A stretch of 64,000 nucleotides of DNA from Ignavibacteriota bacterium (lineage in GTDB: Bacteria; Bacteroidota; Ignavibacteria; UBA10030): assembly GCA_963701295.1 (NCBI GenBank), contig OY969585.1, forward strand, positions 2,080,001 through 2,144,000, in the 5' to 3' direction. The notes below the pieces were generated by a model that saw only the letters and a list, made by a program, of their open reading frames with translations, was not told the DNA's origin and did no database searches. How positions within the stretch are numbered: position 1 is the stretch's first letter; every line of letters starts with the position of its first letter. Shown one piece after another: positions 9,085-18,857 of the stretch. The position numbers and the translations under genes are program-made.

Positions 9085-10854
9085 TTGAACGAATTATGGC
9101 AGCAATATAGTGAGAGAATGACCTACCGTCGATTCAAGTACCGTTCAGTTATTCTGTTCTTTCTTGCTGCGTCTAGTTGGGCATCAGCGCAAGTGGTATA
9201 CTCCACTCGACAGTTGAGCGCTGATCAATTGCTTCAATACTTCCGTTCACTGAAAGATCCATCGCAGCAGGGAGTGTATTCAAATGAACTTCATGAGGGG
9301 AAATGTGGTTTGGGGATTAGAGCGCAGGTCCACAGTCAATGGAATGCTTTTTCTGCACTACAAAAAATCGAACTAAAGCAGCAGATGGTTCTGAGCTCCA
9401 TGCAAAAGGAAAGAGTCATTGGTCGATTCAAAATCCTGTATGACACTTCAGGAACTCCAAATGTGCCGGCTTTATTAGATGTGAATAACCAGCCATTATC
9501 CAATACCGCTGAAGCGTATGTGGATTCTGTTGGAGCTATATTTAATTATGTCTATTCTGTTGAAGTTGACGGATTGGGATATTCAGCTCCTCCGCATGAG
9601 CAGGGTGAATCGTACTATCGAATTTATATCCAAGACCAAGGCATATATGGGTATGGGCTTACTGATTGGGATCCAGAAGCGCCGAATCTTAACCCAAGCG
9701 GGAATCCTCCGCGATACGCGTGCTTTGTACAGGTTGACAATGATTTCAAAGATCAAGATACCAAAGGAATCAACGCTCTTAAGGTGACGGCAGCACATGA
9801 GTTTCATCATGTTATTCAGATTGGTTCGTATGGATACCGAAGCAACGATCTTTATGCCCATGAGTTAACCTCTACATGGATGGAAGATGTTGTCTATACC
9901 GATGTGAATGACTACTATTTCTATTTAAAATGGTATTTTGGTGATGAGCAACGTGATTCTGGATTTTGGCAAGGATGGGCATTTAATAATAGTTCTTATG
10001 GCGGCTATGAGCGCTGCATCTGGGCGCATTATCTCGCAAAGCGATTTAGTCAGAGTATTATGCGGGATGTCTGGACACGAATGCGCACTCAACCATTTCT
10101 TGAAAGCACTGATGCCGCATTAGACAGCATAGGATCAAATTTACAAACAGCATTCTCTGAATTTACATACTGGAATTATTTTACAGCAGATCGTGCTGAC
10201 ACGGTGAAGTATTATCCAGAAGGGAATCATTATCCGCGTTTCCAGCCGTTGCAGAAAATTGCGTACGCTCATGAGGACACAACAATTGGAGGAGATGTGT
10301 TTCCGCTTTCTTCTTCAATGTACGAATTTGATTTGCCATCTGACACCATTATGAGCATGGTTGCCAATGTGGAGGTCAGTGCGGTGGAACAAGGAGATGG
10401 TACAGTAAGAAATGTGGGAGTGACCCTTTCCTCTAAGGTTCCTCTTGTGCCATATCAAGAATTTAGTAATGGATTGACGGCAAAAGTCATTGTCGCAGAT
10501 ACATCTCTCTGGCGCTCTTTCTTTTCGCAAGGTGTTCGTCGTGATACAGTGATTAATCCTCCGCTGTTTGTTGTCAGTTCTGATGCATCGCCGAATCCCT
10601 TCCGGCTTATGAATTCACAACAACTCCTTCTCCCAATCCAGGATGTCGACGCTAGCACCGCGGAAGTGTACTTCTATAGTTCATCCTTAAGCCTTGCATA
10701 TTCAGGACAATTACCTGTATCGATTAAAGGGCTCAATCGTGTCATTGTTGTGTCAGCATCCGAAGTAAAATCGAATCTTTCCTCCGGCATATATTTCATC
10801 ATTGCAAAAACAAAGAATAATGAATATCGATGGAAAGTGGCGGTCATTCGATGA
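9085..10854 (+). CDS. Secreted zinc metalloprotease (MXAN_6640-like) with T9SS-like C-terminal domain
   Basis: Signal peptide, TAAHEFHHVIQ (HExxH), E.TSTWMED, C-terminal PNPF...SSGIYFI...KVAVIR. Confidence 0.82.
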   Translation: MNELWQQYSERMTYRRFKYRSVILFFLAASSWASAQVVYSTRQLSADQLLQYFRSLKDPSQQGVYSNELHEGKCGLGIRAQVHSQWNAFSALQKIELKQQMVLSSMQKERVIGRFKILYDTSGTPNVPALLDVNNQPLSNTAEAYVDSVGAIFNYVYSVEVDGLGYSAPPHEQGESYYRIYIQDQGIYGYGLTDWDPEAPNLNPSGNPPRYACFVQVDNDFKDQDTKGINALKVTAAHEFHHVIQIGSYGYRSNDLYAHELTSTWMEDVVYTDVNDYYFYLKWYFGDEQRDSGFWQGWAFNNSSYGGYERCIWAHYLAKRFSQSIMRDVWTRMRTQPFLESTDAALDSIGSNLQTAFSEFTYWNYFTADRADTVKYYPEGNHYPRFQPLQKIAYAHEDTTIGGDVFPLSSSMYEFDLPSDTIMSMVANVEVSAVEQGDGTVRNVGVTLSSKVPLVPYQEFSNGLTAKVIVADTSLWRSFFSQGVRRDTVINPPLFVVSSDASPNPFRLMNSQQLLLPIQDVDASTAEVYFYSSSLSLAYSGQLPVSIKGLNRVIVVSASEVKSNLSSGIYFIIAKTKNNEYRWKVAVIR

Positions 10855-11486
10855 ACCGAGTTACTATTACGGCAAATGATGTCGCCAAGGATTTCAATCG
10901 CCGCGCAATATTTCGGAATATTTCACTCTCTCTCTTATCGCCCTCGTCACTGGCAATTACCGGAAAGAATGGCGCCGGTAAATCTACACTTTCGAAAATT
11001 CTTGCCGGCTTGATTAGCTCGACACGAGGATCTATTACCTATACGTTGAATGATAAGCAAGTCGGCATTGAAGAATTTAAGCATTATATCGGATTTGTGT
11101 CGCCGTATTTGAATTTGTATGACGAGTTTACTGCGCTGGAGAATCTTCAACTTCTTTCCCGCATTCGTGCAACACCTCAGCAAAACGAAGGTAGGGCGAA
11201 AGACCTCTTGAGCCGAGTCAGCTTGTGGCAGCGCAGGGATGACCTCGTTGGTACATTTTCTTCAGGGATGAAGCAGAGGTTGAAATACGCTTTTGCACTT
11301 TTGCATAATCCCACTGTGTTGATTCTCGACGAGCCGACAAGTAGCCTTGATGAAGAGGGAATTGAATTCGTTCAAGGTTTGATGAAGCAACAAAAAGAAG
11401 AAGGTGTTCTTATTGTTGCAACGAACGACAAAGAAGAAGCCACTTGGTGTGCTCAAGAAATTCACGTGGGAATGCCGGCGAGGTAG
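10851..11486 (+). CDS. ccmA: Heme exporter ATP-binding protein CcmA
   Basis: Walker A GKNGAGKS, signature FSSGMKQR, LILDEP; first gene of the ccm cluster. Confidence 0.88.
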   Translation: MNRVTITANDVAKDFNRRAIFRNISLSLLSPSSLAITGKNGAGKSTLSKILAGLISSTRGSITYTLNDKQVGIEEFKHYIGFVSPYLNLYDEFTALENLQLLSRIRATPQQNEGRAKDLLSRVSLWQRRDDLVGTFSSGMKQRLKYAFALLHNPTVLILDEPTSSLDEEGIEFVQGLMKQQKEEGVLIVATNDKEEATWCAQEIHVGMPAR

Positions 11487-11527
11487 TTGTTGTCAAATTA
11501 TATTTTTAGAACATTTATGAAATCAAT

Positions 11528-12199
11528 ATGAATTTTATAGCAAGTACATGGGCGATTGTTGTAAAAGATGTGCGATCGGAATTGCGTACGCGCTATGCAC
11601 TCAACGCACTCTTGATGTTCGTCGTTACTTCGGTCGCGACTATCTTGTTCGCTCTTCGCGACGATGAGCTGAATCCGGAAATTCTTTCTGGAATGTTTTG
11701 GGTTGTTATTTTCTTCACAGCGATGTCAGGACTCTCTCGTATATTCGTCAGTGAAGAAGAACGGGGAACGACCTTGACACTCCAGCTTGTTGCCTCGCCT
11801 TCGGTAGTATATTTTGGAAAGTTGATATTTAATAGCGGCCTGACACTCATGCTTTCCTCGGCGGTTACGGTTCTCTATGTGGTCGTATTCCCGGCATTTG
11901 TCATTAAATCGCCATTAATATTTGGGTTCACTGTTTTTTTGGGAAGCCTTGGATTCGCTTCTGCCGCTACCATTATCGCTGCTGTTATCGCTAAGGCAAA
12001 TACAAAAGGAACTTTGTACCCTGTGCTGTCGTTTCCTATACTGATTCCATTGTTGATGACGGTCTTGAAATCGACTGCTCGTGCGTTGGATGGTGAATTG
12101 TTTAGTGCGGCTTTTGGTGAGTTTCAGATTCTCGTGTCGTATCTGCTGGTGATGACCGCCGGATCGTATCTTTTATTCGACTATGTATGGAAGGAGTGA
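11528..12199 (+). CDS. ccmB: Heme exporter permease CcmB
   Basis: KD.RSELRTR, EEERGT, LSFPILIPLL; about 6 TM helices. Confidence 0.92.
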   Translation: MNFIASTWAIVVKDVRSELRTRYALNALLMFVVTSVATILFALRDDELNPEILSGMFWVVIFFTAMSGLSRIFVSEEERGTTLTLQLVASPSVVYFGKLIFNSGLTLMLSSAVTVLYVVVFPAFVIKSPLIFGFTVFLGSLGFASAATIIAAVIAKANTKGTLYPVLSFPILIPLLMTVLKSTARALDGELFSAAFGEFQILVSYLLVMTAGSYLLFDYVWKE

Positions 12200-12200
12200 C

Positions 12201-12905
12201 ATGAAGGCTGTCCAATATCTGTCGATTATTTTTGTCACATTTGTGATTATTGCCGGTATTGCCGTCCCGATGGTACCGGAGCCGCAGAGCCTTCTTGAGT
12301 TTCCCATTATTCCGGGACTTGAAGATAAAGCACGCAACATTTTTTTTCACGTTCCGGTGGCATGGACATCGGTTCTTGGATTTCTGGTGGCATTGTACTA
12401 TGGATTTAAATATTTGCGGACGAAAAATTTAGATTATGACATTAAATCCGTGTCCTCCGCAGGGCTTGGGATGATGTTCTGTTTATTGGCGACGGTGACA
12501 GGATCGATCTGGGCGAAGTTCAATTGGGGATCATTCTGGAACTGGGATCCGCGAGAAACCTCGATTTTTATTCTCCTCCTGATCTACGGAGCATACTTCG
12601 CGCTTCGTTCATCGCTCGGATCGGATGAAGTTCGCGCCCGTCTTTCGGCTGTCTATGCAATCCTCGCCGGACTTACTGCACCATTCTTTGTTTTTATTAT
12701 GCCACGCATTGTCGGCGGATTGCACCCTGGGGCAAAAGGAGATACATCCGGTTCAACACCGGTTGCACAACTTCACATGCCGCCAAATATGCGCTTTGTG
12801 TTCTTTTCGGGTCTTATTGGTTTCAGTCTCTTATTTATTTGGCTCCTGAATGTACGCATTCGTGCGGCACGAATGGAACATCAACTTTCAATAAAAGAGT
12901 ATTGA
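12201..12905 (+). CDS. ccmC: Heme chaperone-loading protein CcmC
   Basis: FFHVP, WWD motif WGSFWNWDPRET, LHP; ATG at 12201 after aaggag. Confidence 0.94.
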   Translation: MKAVQYLSIIFVTFVIIAGIAVPMVPEPQSLLEFPIIPGLEDKARNIFFHVPVAWTSVLGFLVALYYGFKYLRTKNLDYDIKSVSSAGLGMMFCLLATVTGSIWAKFNWGSFWNWDPRETSIFILLLIYGAYFALRSSLGSDEVRARLSAVYAILAGLTAPFFVFIMPRIVGGLHPGAKGDTSGSTPVAQLHMPPNMRFVFFSGLIGFSLLFIWLLNVRIRAARMEHQLSIKEY

Positions 12906-12912
12906 GGTAACT

Positions 12913-13050
12913 ATGTACGAATTCCTAAGTCAGAACCAATTGTATATTGTTTTATGTGTAACACTGCTCATATGGATGGGCATCGTGTGGTATCTCATCC
13001 GTCTTGATAAGAAGATCGGACAACTCGAGAAGCAATTGAAAAAGGATTAA
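12913..13050 (+). CDS. ccmD: CcmD (45 aa, not in the ORF track)
   Basis: MYEFLSQNQLYIVLCVTLLIWMGIVWYLIRLDKKIGQLEKQLKKD*: one TM helix plus a basic coiled tail, between ccmC and ccmE, with RBS gagg. Confidence 0.9.
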   Translation: MYEFLSQNQLYIVLCVTLLIWMGIVWYLIRLDKKIGQLEKQLKKD

Positions 13051-13054
13051 TGGG

Positions 13055-13444
13055 ATGAATGCAAAAATCATTATTGGCGGATTAGTTATTCTCGTTGGTA
13101 TTGTGCTTGGGACGATCAACTTTCTTGATTCCAATGTCGAGTATGGTGATTTTGCCGATGCACGCCGTATCCAAAAAAAAATTCAGGTCAAAGGCGAGTG
13201 GGTGAAAGACCGCGAAAGTTCTTTTGACGCAGAAAAAATGCAATTCACCTTTTATTTAAAAGATGACAGCGGAGAAATTTCCAAAGTGGTACTTAATGCT
13301 GGCAGGCCAAACAATTTTGATCTTGCAGCAAGTGTTGTTGTAAAGGGGAAATATTCCGGCGACTATTTTCATGCGACAGAAATCTTAACTAAGTGTCCCT
13401 CGAAGTATGAAGGACGGTCCGGTGTGATGAAAAAGCAGTATTGA
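13055..13444 (+). CDS. ccmE: Heme chaperone CcmE, CxxxY variant
   Basis: N-terminal TM, P.NF, VVVKG, ILTKCPSKY. Confidence 0.93.
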   Translation: MNAKIIIGGLVILVGIVLGTINFLDSNVEYGDFADARRIQKKIQVKGEWVKDRESSFDAEKMQFTFYLKDDSGEISKVVLNAGRPNNFDLAASVVVKGKYSGDYFHATEILTKCPSKYEGRSGVMKKQY

Positions 13445-13453
13445 TGTTCCTTT

Positions 13454-13480
13454 GTAGGGACGTCCAGTTGAACGTTCCTG
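13454..13480 (+). repeat. Degenerate GTAG-type REP-like palindrome between convergent genes
   Basis: GTAGGGACGTCCA-GT-TGAACGTTCCTG, an imperfect hairpin starting with GTAG. Confidence 0.5.
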
Positions 13481-13518
13481 TGTATTCTTGTCTCTGAGCG
13501 GTTACAGTGGTTATCCTT

Positions 13519-14463
13519 CTACCGCTTTTTAAACACACAAAATAAATGATAATGGCCAGTGCGTGAAAAATCTTGGCTAAAATGTTTCTTCCAGAAACGA
13601 TAAGTATTCTCAAATCCTGGGAAACCTTTGATCGCTTTCTTTACATTGAATTTGATAGACCGATCCTCAGTTAAATTTTGTAACGAAGGATATCCGACAT
13701 TTTCCAAGTGAACGATGTCAAGCTCCAGTTTCTTCGCCAAATAGTTGCAGGTTGTATTTGAAAAATATTGCATATGCTCCAAATCGACCCTGAAAAGAAT
13801 TGGAGCTGATTCCTGCAAAGCAAATGACGCATTTGGAGTAAAAATTGCAATAATTCCACCGGGATTCAGAAGCCTTTTGGCTTTGTTCAGATATTGCAGA
13901 GGTTCTAAAACATGTTCAATCAAATCCATAAAAAGGATCATATCATATTTATTCTGTCCGTTTATTCTCAAAAAATCTATTTTTCGGATGTTATCAATTT
14001 CTAAATCTTTATATGCATATTGGAGAATATCGTTATCGAGTTCTATTCCAGTAACTTCAGCTCCGAGTTGTTTCAAAAAATACAGAAAAAACCCTCTACC
14101 AAAACCGACATCCAATACCCGTTTCCCTTGCATTGTCATAAGAGACGTAAATACCTGGTAGCGATAATCAGAATTTGGGTTTGTTTGTAAATACATTGTG
14201 CGTAGTTGAACACCATTTATTTTCTTTGCATTGCGATAATGTTTTTCATAGGCTGAATAGAACTGAGATAGTTGTGTATGGGAAGGTGATGGGGAAATAA
14301 AAAAAGTGTTGCATCGATTACAGAGTTTCACGCATAAGCCATCGGGACGAACAAACATCGGATGGCATTTCTTCTTGCAAACCGGGCAATTTCTCGGGAA
14401 CAATTTCCTGTCATCCCACTTTAAAATCCGTTTGTCTAGATCTGGTAATCGGACGATACTCAT
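13519..14463 (-). CDS. Class I SAM-dependent methyltransferase with N-terminal Cys4 zinc ribbon
   Basis: CPVC...CNRC, VLDVGFGRG, DLIEHV.EP, L.PGG...I.TPN; visibly AT-rich. Confidence 0.88.
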   Translation of the reverse strand: MSIVRLPDLDKRILKWDDRKLFPRNCPVCKKKCHPMFVRPDGLCVKLCNRCNTFFISPSPSHTQLSQFYSAYEKHYRNAKKINGVQLRTMYLQTNPNSDYRYQVFTSLMTMQGKRVLDVGFGRGFFLYFLKQLGAEVTGIELDNDILQYAYKDLEIDNIRKIDFLRINGQNKYDMILFMDLIEHVLEPLQYLNKAKRLLNPGGIIAIFTPNASFALQESAPILFRVDLEHMQYFSNTTCNYLAKKLELDIVHLENVGYPSLQNLTEDRSIKFNVKKAIKGFPGFENTYRFWKKHFSQDFSRTGHYHLFCVFKKR

Positions 14464-14548
14464 GAATTTCTCGGGCGCAGGTTCTTTTATGAAAGAGGAT
14501 TTAGTGCTAAATAATTAAACAAAAATATTGTTTTGGTTGAACGATGGC

Positions 14549-15283
14549 TTACCCTCTATTCACAATAAAACTGAATGGATTGTCAATCCCCAATGACCAT
14601 TTCGATATAAATGGTTCACCATATTTCACTCCGATTTTAGAACCGAAATACCTGCAGCGGGTTTCGATCACTTCTAAAAAATCTGGCCGGCTTAACCTTG
14701 TCTCGCTCTCTTTACTTTCCGGATTGAAAAATTGCGAGGCATGTGCGCGCACAGACTTCATCTTCAGGTCAAATGTGTCGCTAATATCCACAATAAATGT
14801 CGGCTCGAATTCCATCCATTGCATAAACTCAAAGTAGTGGTGCGGTCGAAGGCGTTCTTGTACTTTACCGTTGAGTCTCGTCTTGATCTTTTCTAATCCA
14901 CTGTAGTACCATGCTTCCCGGCATAGTTCGCTGGTATGGACATGATCCGGATGCCGCTCAACTCCGTAAGGAATAATAAGAAGAGCAGGGCGGAGTTCGC
15001 GAATAAGTGTAATGATCTTCAGCATATTCTTTTTGTTGACTTCAACGTTGCCGTCCGGAATGTGAAGATTCCGCCGTGTGACGGCACCAAGAATATTTCC
15101 TGCCTGTTGTGCTTCTTTCGCACGAATTTCTTTTGTACCGCGTGTGCTAAGCTCACCTTGCGTGAGCTCGCATAAAGCTACTTTCTTTTCTTGTCGAACA
15201 AGCTTGGCGATTGTCCCACCGCAAGCAAGTTCAAGATCATCAGGGTGTGCTCCAATCGCCAAGACATCAACATTTATATTCAT
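14549..15283 (-). CDS. bshB1: Bacillithiol biosynthesis deacetylase BshB1
   Basis: GAHPDDLELACGGT, LTQGELSTRG, RHPDH, AHASQF, GVKYGEPF. Confidence 0.92.
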   Translation of the reverse strand: MNINVDVLAIGAHPDDLELACGGTIAKLVRQEKKVALCELTQGELSTRGTKEIRAKEAQQAGNILGAVTRRNLHIPDGNVEVNKKNMLKIITLIRELRPALLIIPYGVERHPDHVHTSELCREAWYYSGLEKIKTRLNGKVQERLRPHHYFEFMQWMEFEPTFIVDISDTFDLKMKSVRAHASQFFNPESKESETRLSRPDFLEVIETRCRYFGSKIGVKYGEPFISKWSLGIDNPFSFIVNRG

Positions 15284-15422
15284 ATTAATTCCTCATAATT
15301 GTATGAATAATATAGATAACTACGAAAGAAAAGACAAGATGAGCTAGGAAAAAGTGAAAAGTAAAAATGAAAATGGAAAGGATAAACGGCTGACAGTATT
15401 AAGATATTCTCATTTTCCAGAG

Positions 15423-15451
15423 TTGAATGTGGGAACAACATTCGGTAATTT
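15423..15451 (+). promoter_or_regulatory. Putative sigma70 promoter of the xseA operon
   Basis: TTGAAT-N17-TAATTT. Confidence 0.35.
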
Positions 15452-15468
15452 AAGGCTGGAGTTACTTC

Positions 15469-16665
15469 ATGTCCATCGAAAAAAATGTCGTTACCATTAC
15501 TGAATTAACGAGACAAATCAAGCAATCGTTGGAAACTAGTTTTCCACGAGTGTGGGTGGAAGGCGAGATATCCAACTTTAAGCAGCATACTTCCGGGCAT
15601 CTATACTTTACATTGAAAGACGAAGGTGCTCAACTATCCGCTGTGATGTGGCGAAGCCGTGTTGCGAATCTTACGTTTCTGCCTGAAGACGGGATGAAAG
15701 TGATTGCTCGTGGTTCTATCACTGTCTATCCTCCGCGCGGGAATTATCAAATTGATGTTGAACAGATTCAACCTGTCGGTATTGGAGAACTTCAGCTTGC
15801 ATTTGAACGTCTCAAGAAGAAGCTGGCGGCCGAAGGATTGTTTGATCCTGCACACAAAAAGCCGATTCCGGAGTTTCCAGAGTGTATCGGCATCATTACA
15901 TCGGAAACGGGTGCGGCATTGCAGGATATTCGAAGTGTGTTGTCACGCAGGCATCCATCAGTAGAAGTGATTCTTGCTTCTGTGCGCGTGCAAGGCGTGA
16001 GCGCCGCAGAAGAAGTCGCTGAAGCCATAGAACAGATGAATCGCTATGGCGGTATAGACGTGCTAATCGTTGGACGCGGCGGCGGTTCGCTGGAAGATTT
16101 ATGGGCGTTTAATGAAGAGAAAGTTGCTCGAGCCATCTATGCATCAAAAATTCCCATCGTCAGCGCTGTCGGGCACGAAATTGATTTTAGTATTGCAGAT
16201 TTTGTCGCCGATTTACGAGCACCGACTCCATCGGCGGCGGCGGAGTTGATTGTGCGAGATCGAACGGAATTGCTTGAAGATATTGGCAACTTATGCTATA
16301 CTATGCGCGGTGCTATTGATACTCAGATGTTGAGTTTTCGTGAACGGATAGCAAGTTTGTTAACAAGCTATTCGTTTAATCGTCCGCGCGATTTGGTTCG
16401 GGAATTTTCTCAGCGTGTGGATGAAATTGATCGAAGTCTTAGTGTCTCTTTCAATCATATCGCACGAACTACACATCAGCGATATGATTCGTTGAGATAT
16501 CACCTGCAAGCATTAAACCCGCAAGGTGTTCTCAAGCGTGGCTATAGCATTGTTCGGAAAGAAGGACGAATTGTTTCCAGCGCACGTTTGCTTCACCGTG
16601 GTGATGAAGCGGCGATTCAATTCCATGATGGGACTATTGATGTACATGTAGAAAAAGGAAAGTAA
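15469..16665 (+). CDS. xseA: Exodeoxyribonuclease VII large subunit
   Basis: VEGEISNF, SGHLYFTLKD, GRGGGSLEDLWAFN, SAVGHEID, RAPTPSAAAE. Confidence 0.97.
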   Translation: MSIEKNVVTITELTRQIKQSLETSFPRVWVEGEISNFKQHTSGHLYFTLKDEGAQLSAVMWRSRVANLTFLPEDGMKVIARGSITVYPPRGNYQIDVEQIQPVGIGELQLAFERLKKKLAAEGLFDPAHKKPIPEFPECIGIITSETGAALQDIRSVLSRRHPSVEVILASVRVQGVSAAEEVAEAIEQMNRYGGIDVLIVGRGGGSLEDLWAFNEEKVARAIYASKIPIVSAVGHEIDFSIADFVADLRAPTPSAAAELIVRDRTELLEDIGNLCYTMRGAIDTQMLSFRERIASLLTSYSFNRPRDLVREFSQRVDEIDRSLSVSFNHIARTTHQRYDSLRYHLQALNPQGVLKRGYSIVRKEGRIVSSARLLHRGDEAAIQFHDGTIDVHVEKGK

Positions 16666-16667
16666 TT

Positions 16668-16907
16668 ATGGCAGCAAAGAAGTTGGTCAAGAACTCGCTT
16701 GAGCATTCTCTGAAGCGGCTTGAAGAAATTGTAGAATTACTGGAACACGGCAATGCGCCGTTAGACGACGCTGTGAACTTATATGAAGAGGGCGTTCGAA
16801 TATCAAAAGAGTGTGCGGAAAAATTGAAATTGACTGAATTAAGGATCAAAAAGCTCTCTAAAGATATCGAAGGGCAATTCACACTGAACGAGTCTGATGA
16901 AGAATGA
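16668..16907 (+). CDS. xseB: Exodeoxyribonuclease VII small subunit
   Basis: LEEIV..LE.G..PLD.A..LYEEG. Confidence 0.95.
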   Translation: MAAKKLVKNSLEHSLKRLEEIVELLEHGNAPLDDAVNLYEEGVRISKECAEKLKLTELRIKKLSKDIEGQFTLNESDEE

Positions 16908-18829
16908 GCGATATTGATTATAAGTTTCTCAATTCTATTAATCTTCCCGAAGATCTGCGAACTCTAAGCGTACAAGAACTCCGTACCGTTTGTGCTGAAG
17001 TGCGAGAGTACCTTGTCGATTGTGTATCGAAAACTGGAGGTCACTTTGGAGCCGGATTGGGTGCCGTTGAGATCGCTGTGGCTCTTCATTATGTTTTTAA
17101 TACACCGGAAGACAAATTAATTTGGGATGTCGGACATCAAGCATATCCGCATAAAATTCTTACCGGTCGGAAGGATCGAATGCATACTATTCGCCAGCTT
17201 GGTGGATTGAGTGGATTTCTCAAGCGCACTGAGAGCGAATATGATACGTTTGGGGCGGGACATGCCAGTACGTCGATTTCAGCTGCATTGGGAATTGCAG
17301 CGGCACGAGATTTTGATAAAAAAAATTATAAAGTAGTTGCCATCGTTGGTGACGGTTCAATGACAGGTGGTATGATATACGAAGCGATGAACAACGCAGG
17401 AATGCTGAAAAAAAACCTGATTGTGATTCTCAACGATAACCAAATGGGATCATTGTCGTCACTTGAGCCGAGAGTTTGGTCTTTCCATAATTATTTTACA
17501 GAAATACTCACACATCCTACATACAACAAGTTCAAAGCAAATGTATGGGATTTAGCGGGCAAATTGGATACGTTTGGCGATCGACTGCGCACAGTTGCTC
17601 AGCGGATGGAGAAAGGAATTAAAGCAGTTGTCACGCCAGGCATGCTCTTTGAAGGATTGGGTTTTCGATATTTTGGACCGATCAATGGTCATAATGTCGT
17701 AAAGCTTGTCGAGACATTCAAGCACGTCAAAGACCTTAGTGGACCTATTCTCATTCACGCTATTACTACAAAGGGCAAAGGATATGCGCCAGCAGAACGT
17801 GAAGTTACACGCTTGCATGGAGTAACGCCGTTTGATAAAATTACCGGTATTTCACCAAAGAAAAGCGGCGAATCGATCGCTTATACGGATATCTTTGGAA
17901 AAGCATTAGTTGAAATCTGCAAACAAAATTCGAAAGTGGTTGGAATTACTGCGGCGATGCCGGATGGAACCGGACTGATTCAACTCCATGAAGAAATGCC
18001 TGAGCGATTCTTTGATGTCGGCATCGCCGAACCACACGCTGTTACATTTGCAGCTGGAATGGCAACAGAGGGATATATTCCGGTAGTGGCAATCTATTCA
18101 ACCTTTCTTCAGCGTGCATTTGACCAGGTAGTACACGACTGCGCCATTCAAAAACTTCATGTCGTATTCGCCATGGATCGTGGTGGATTGGTTGGTGCAG
18201 ATGGTGCAACTCATCATGGTGCACTTGATCTTTCTTATCTCCGATGTATTCAGGGGATGGTTGTCATGGCCCCGAAGAATGAGCAGGAGCTTCGCGATAT
18301 GCTTTTTACAGCCATCGAGTATAAACAAGGGCCGATCGCACTTCGATACCCTCGCGGCAATGCACTTGGTGTTTCGATGCGAGATGGATTTCAGAAGATC
18401 GAGATTGGCAAAGCAGAAACGCTACGTACAGGGAAAGATATTGCTTTGTTAGCAATCGGTAATATGGTGCCGAATGCATTATCGGCGGCAGAATTATTGC
18501 ACGGAGAAGGCATCGATGCAGAAGTAGTGAATATGAGGTTTGTCAAACCATTAGATGAAAAATTGCTGCAGTCACTCGCTCAACGCATCAATATTTTCGT
18601 GACGATTGAAGATAATGTTATTCACGGCGGGTTTGGATCTGGGGTATTGGAAGCACTCAGTCATCTTAGTGTTTCCCATGTTGCCGTTAAAATGCATGGG
18701 CTGCCGGATGAGTTTATTGAGCATGGTTCTCCTAAAGAATTATATCGAATGGTAAAACTTGATGCTGCTGGAATTGCTGAAATCGTAAAAAAGCATTTGA
18801 ACACTGTACGCAATAATCCTATGTTATAA
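16904..18829 (+). CDS. dxs: 1-deoxy-D-xylulose-5-phosphate synthase
   Basis: WDVGHQAYPHK, GDGSMTGG, GPINGH, TKGKGY, DVGIAE, YSTFLQR, DGATH. Confidence 0.98.
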   Translation: MSDIDYKFLNSINLPEDLRTLSVQELRTVCAEVREYLVDCVSKTGGHFGAGLGAVEIAVALHYVFNTPEDKLIWDVGHQAYPHKILTGRKDRMHTIRQLGGLSGFLKRTESEYDTFGAGHASTSISAALGIAAARDFDKKNYKVVAIVGDGSMTGGMIYEAMNNAGMLKKNLIVILNDNQMGSLSSLEPRVWSFHNYFTEILTHPTYNKFKANVWDLAGKLDTFGDRLRTVAQRMEKGIKAVVTPGMLFEGLGFRYFGPINGHNVVKLVETFKHVKDLSGPILIHAITTKGKGYAPAEREVTRLHGVTPFDKITGISPKKSGESIAYTDIFGKALVEICKQNSKVVGITAAMPDGTGLIQLHEEMPERFFDVGIAEPHAVTFAAGMATEGYIPVVAIYSTFLQRAFDQVVHDCAIQKLHVVFAMDRGGLVGADGATHHGALDLSYLRCIQGMVVMAPKNEQELRDMLFTAIEYKQGPIALRYPRGNALGVSMRDGFQKIEIGKAETLRTGKDIALLAIGNMVPNALSAAELLHGEGIDAEVVNMRFVKPLDEKLLQSLAQRINIFVTIEDNVIHGGFGSGVLEALSHLSVSHVAVKMHGLPDEFIEHGSPKELYRMVKLDAAGIAEIVKKHLNTVRNNPML

Positions 18830-18857
18830 TTTATTCAGTCTTTATTTTGGCGCTTGT

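Noticed and set aside
15340-15385. Purine-rich quasi-heptamer run (aagtgaaaagtaaaaatgaaaatggaaag)
   Set aside because: Too short and degenerate to distinguish from AT-rich intergenic sequence
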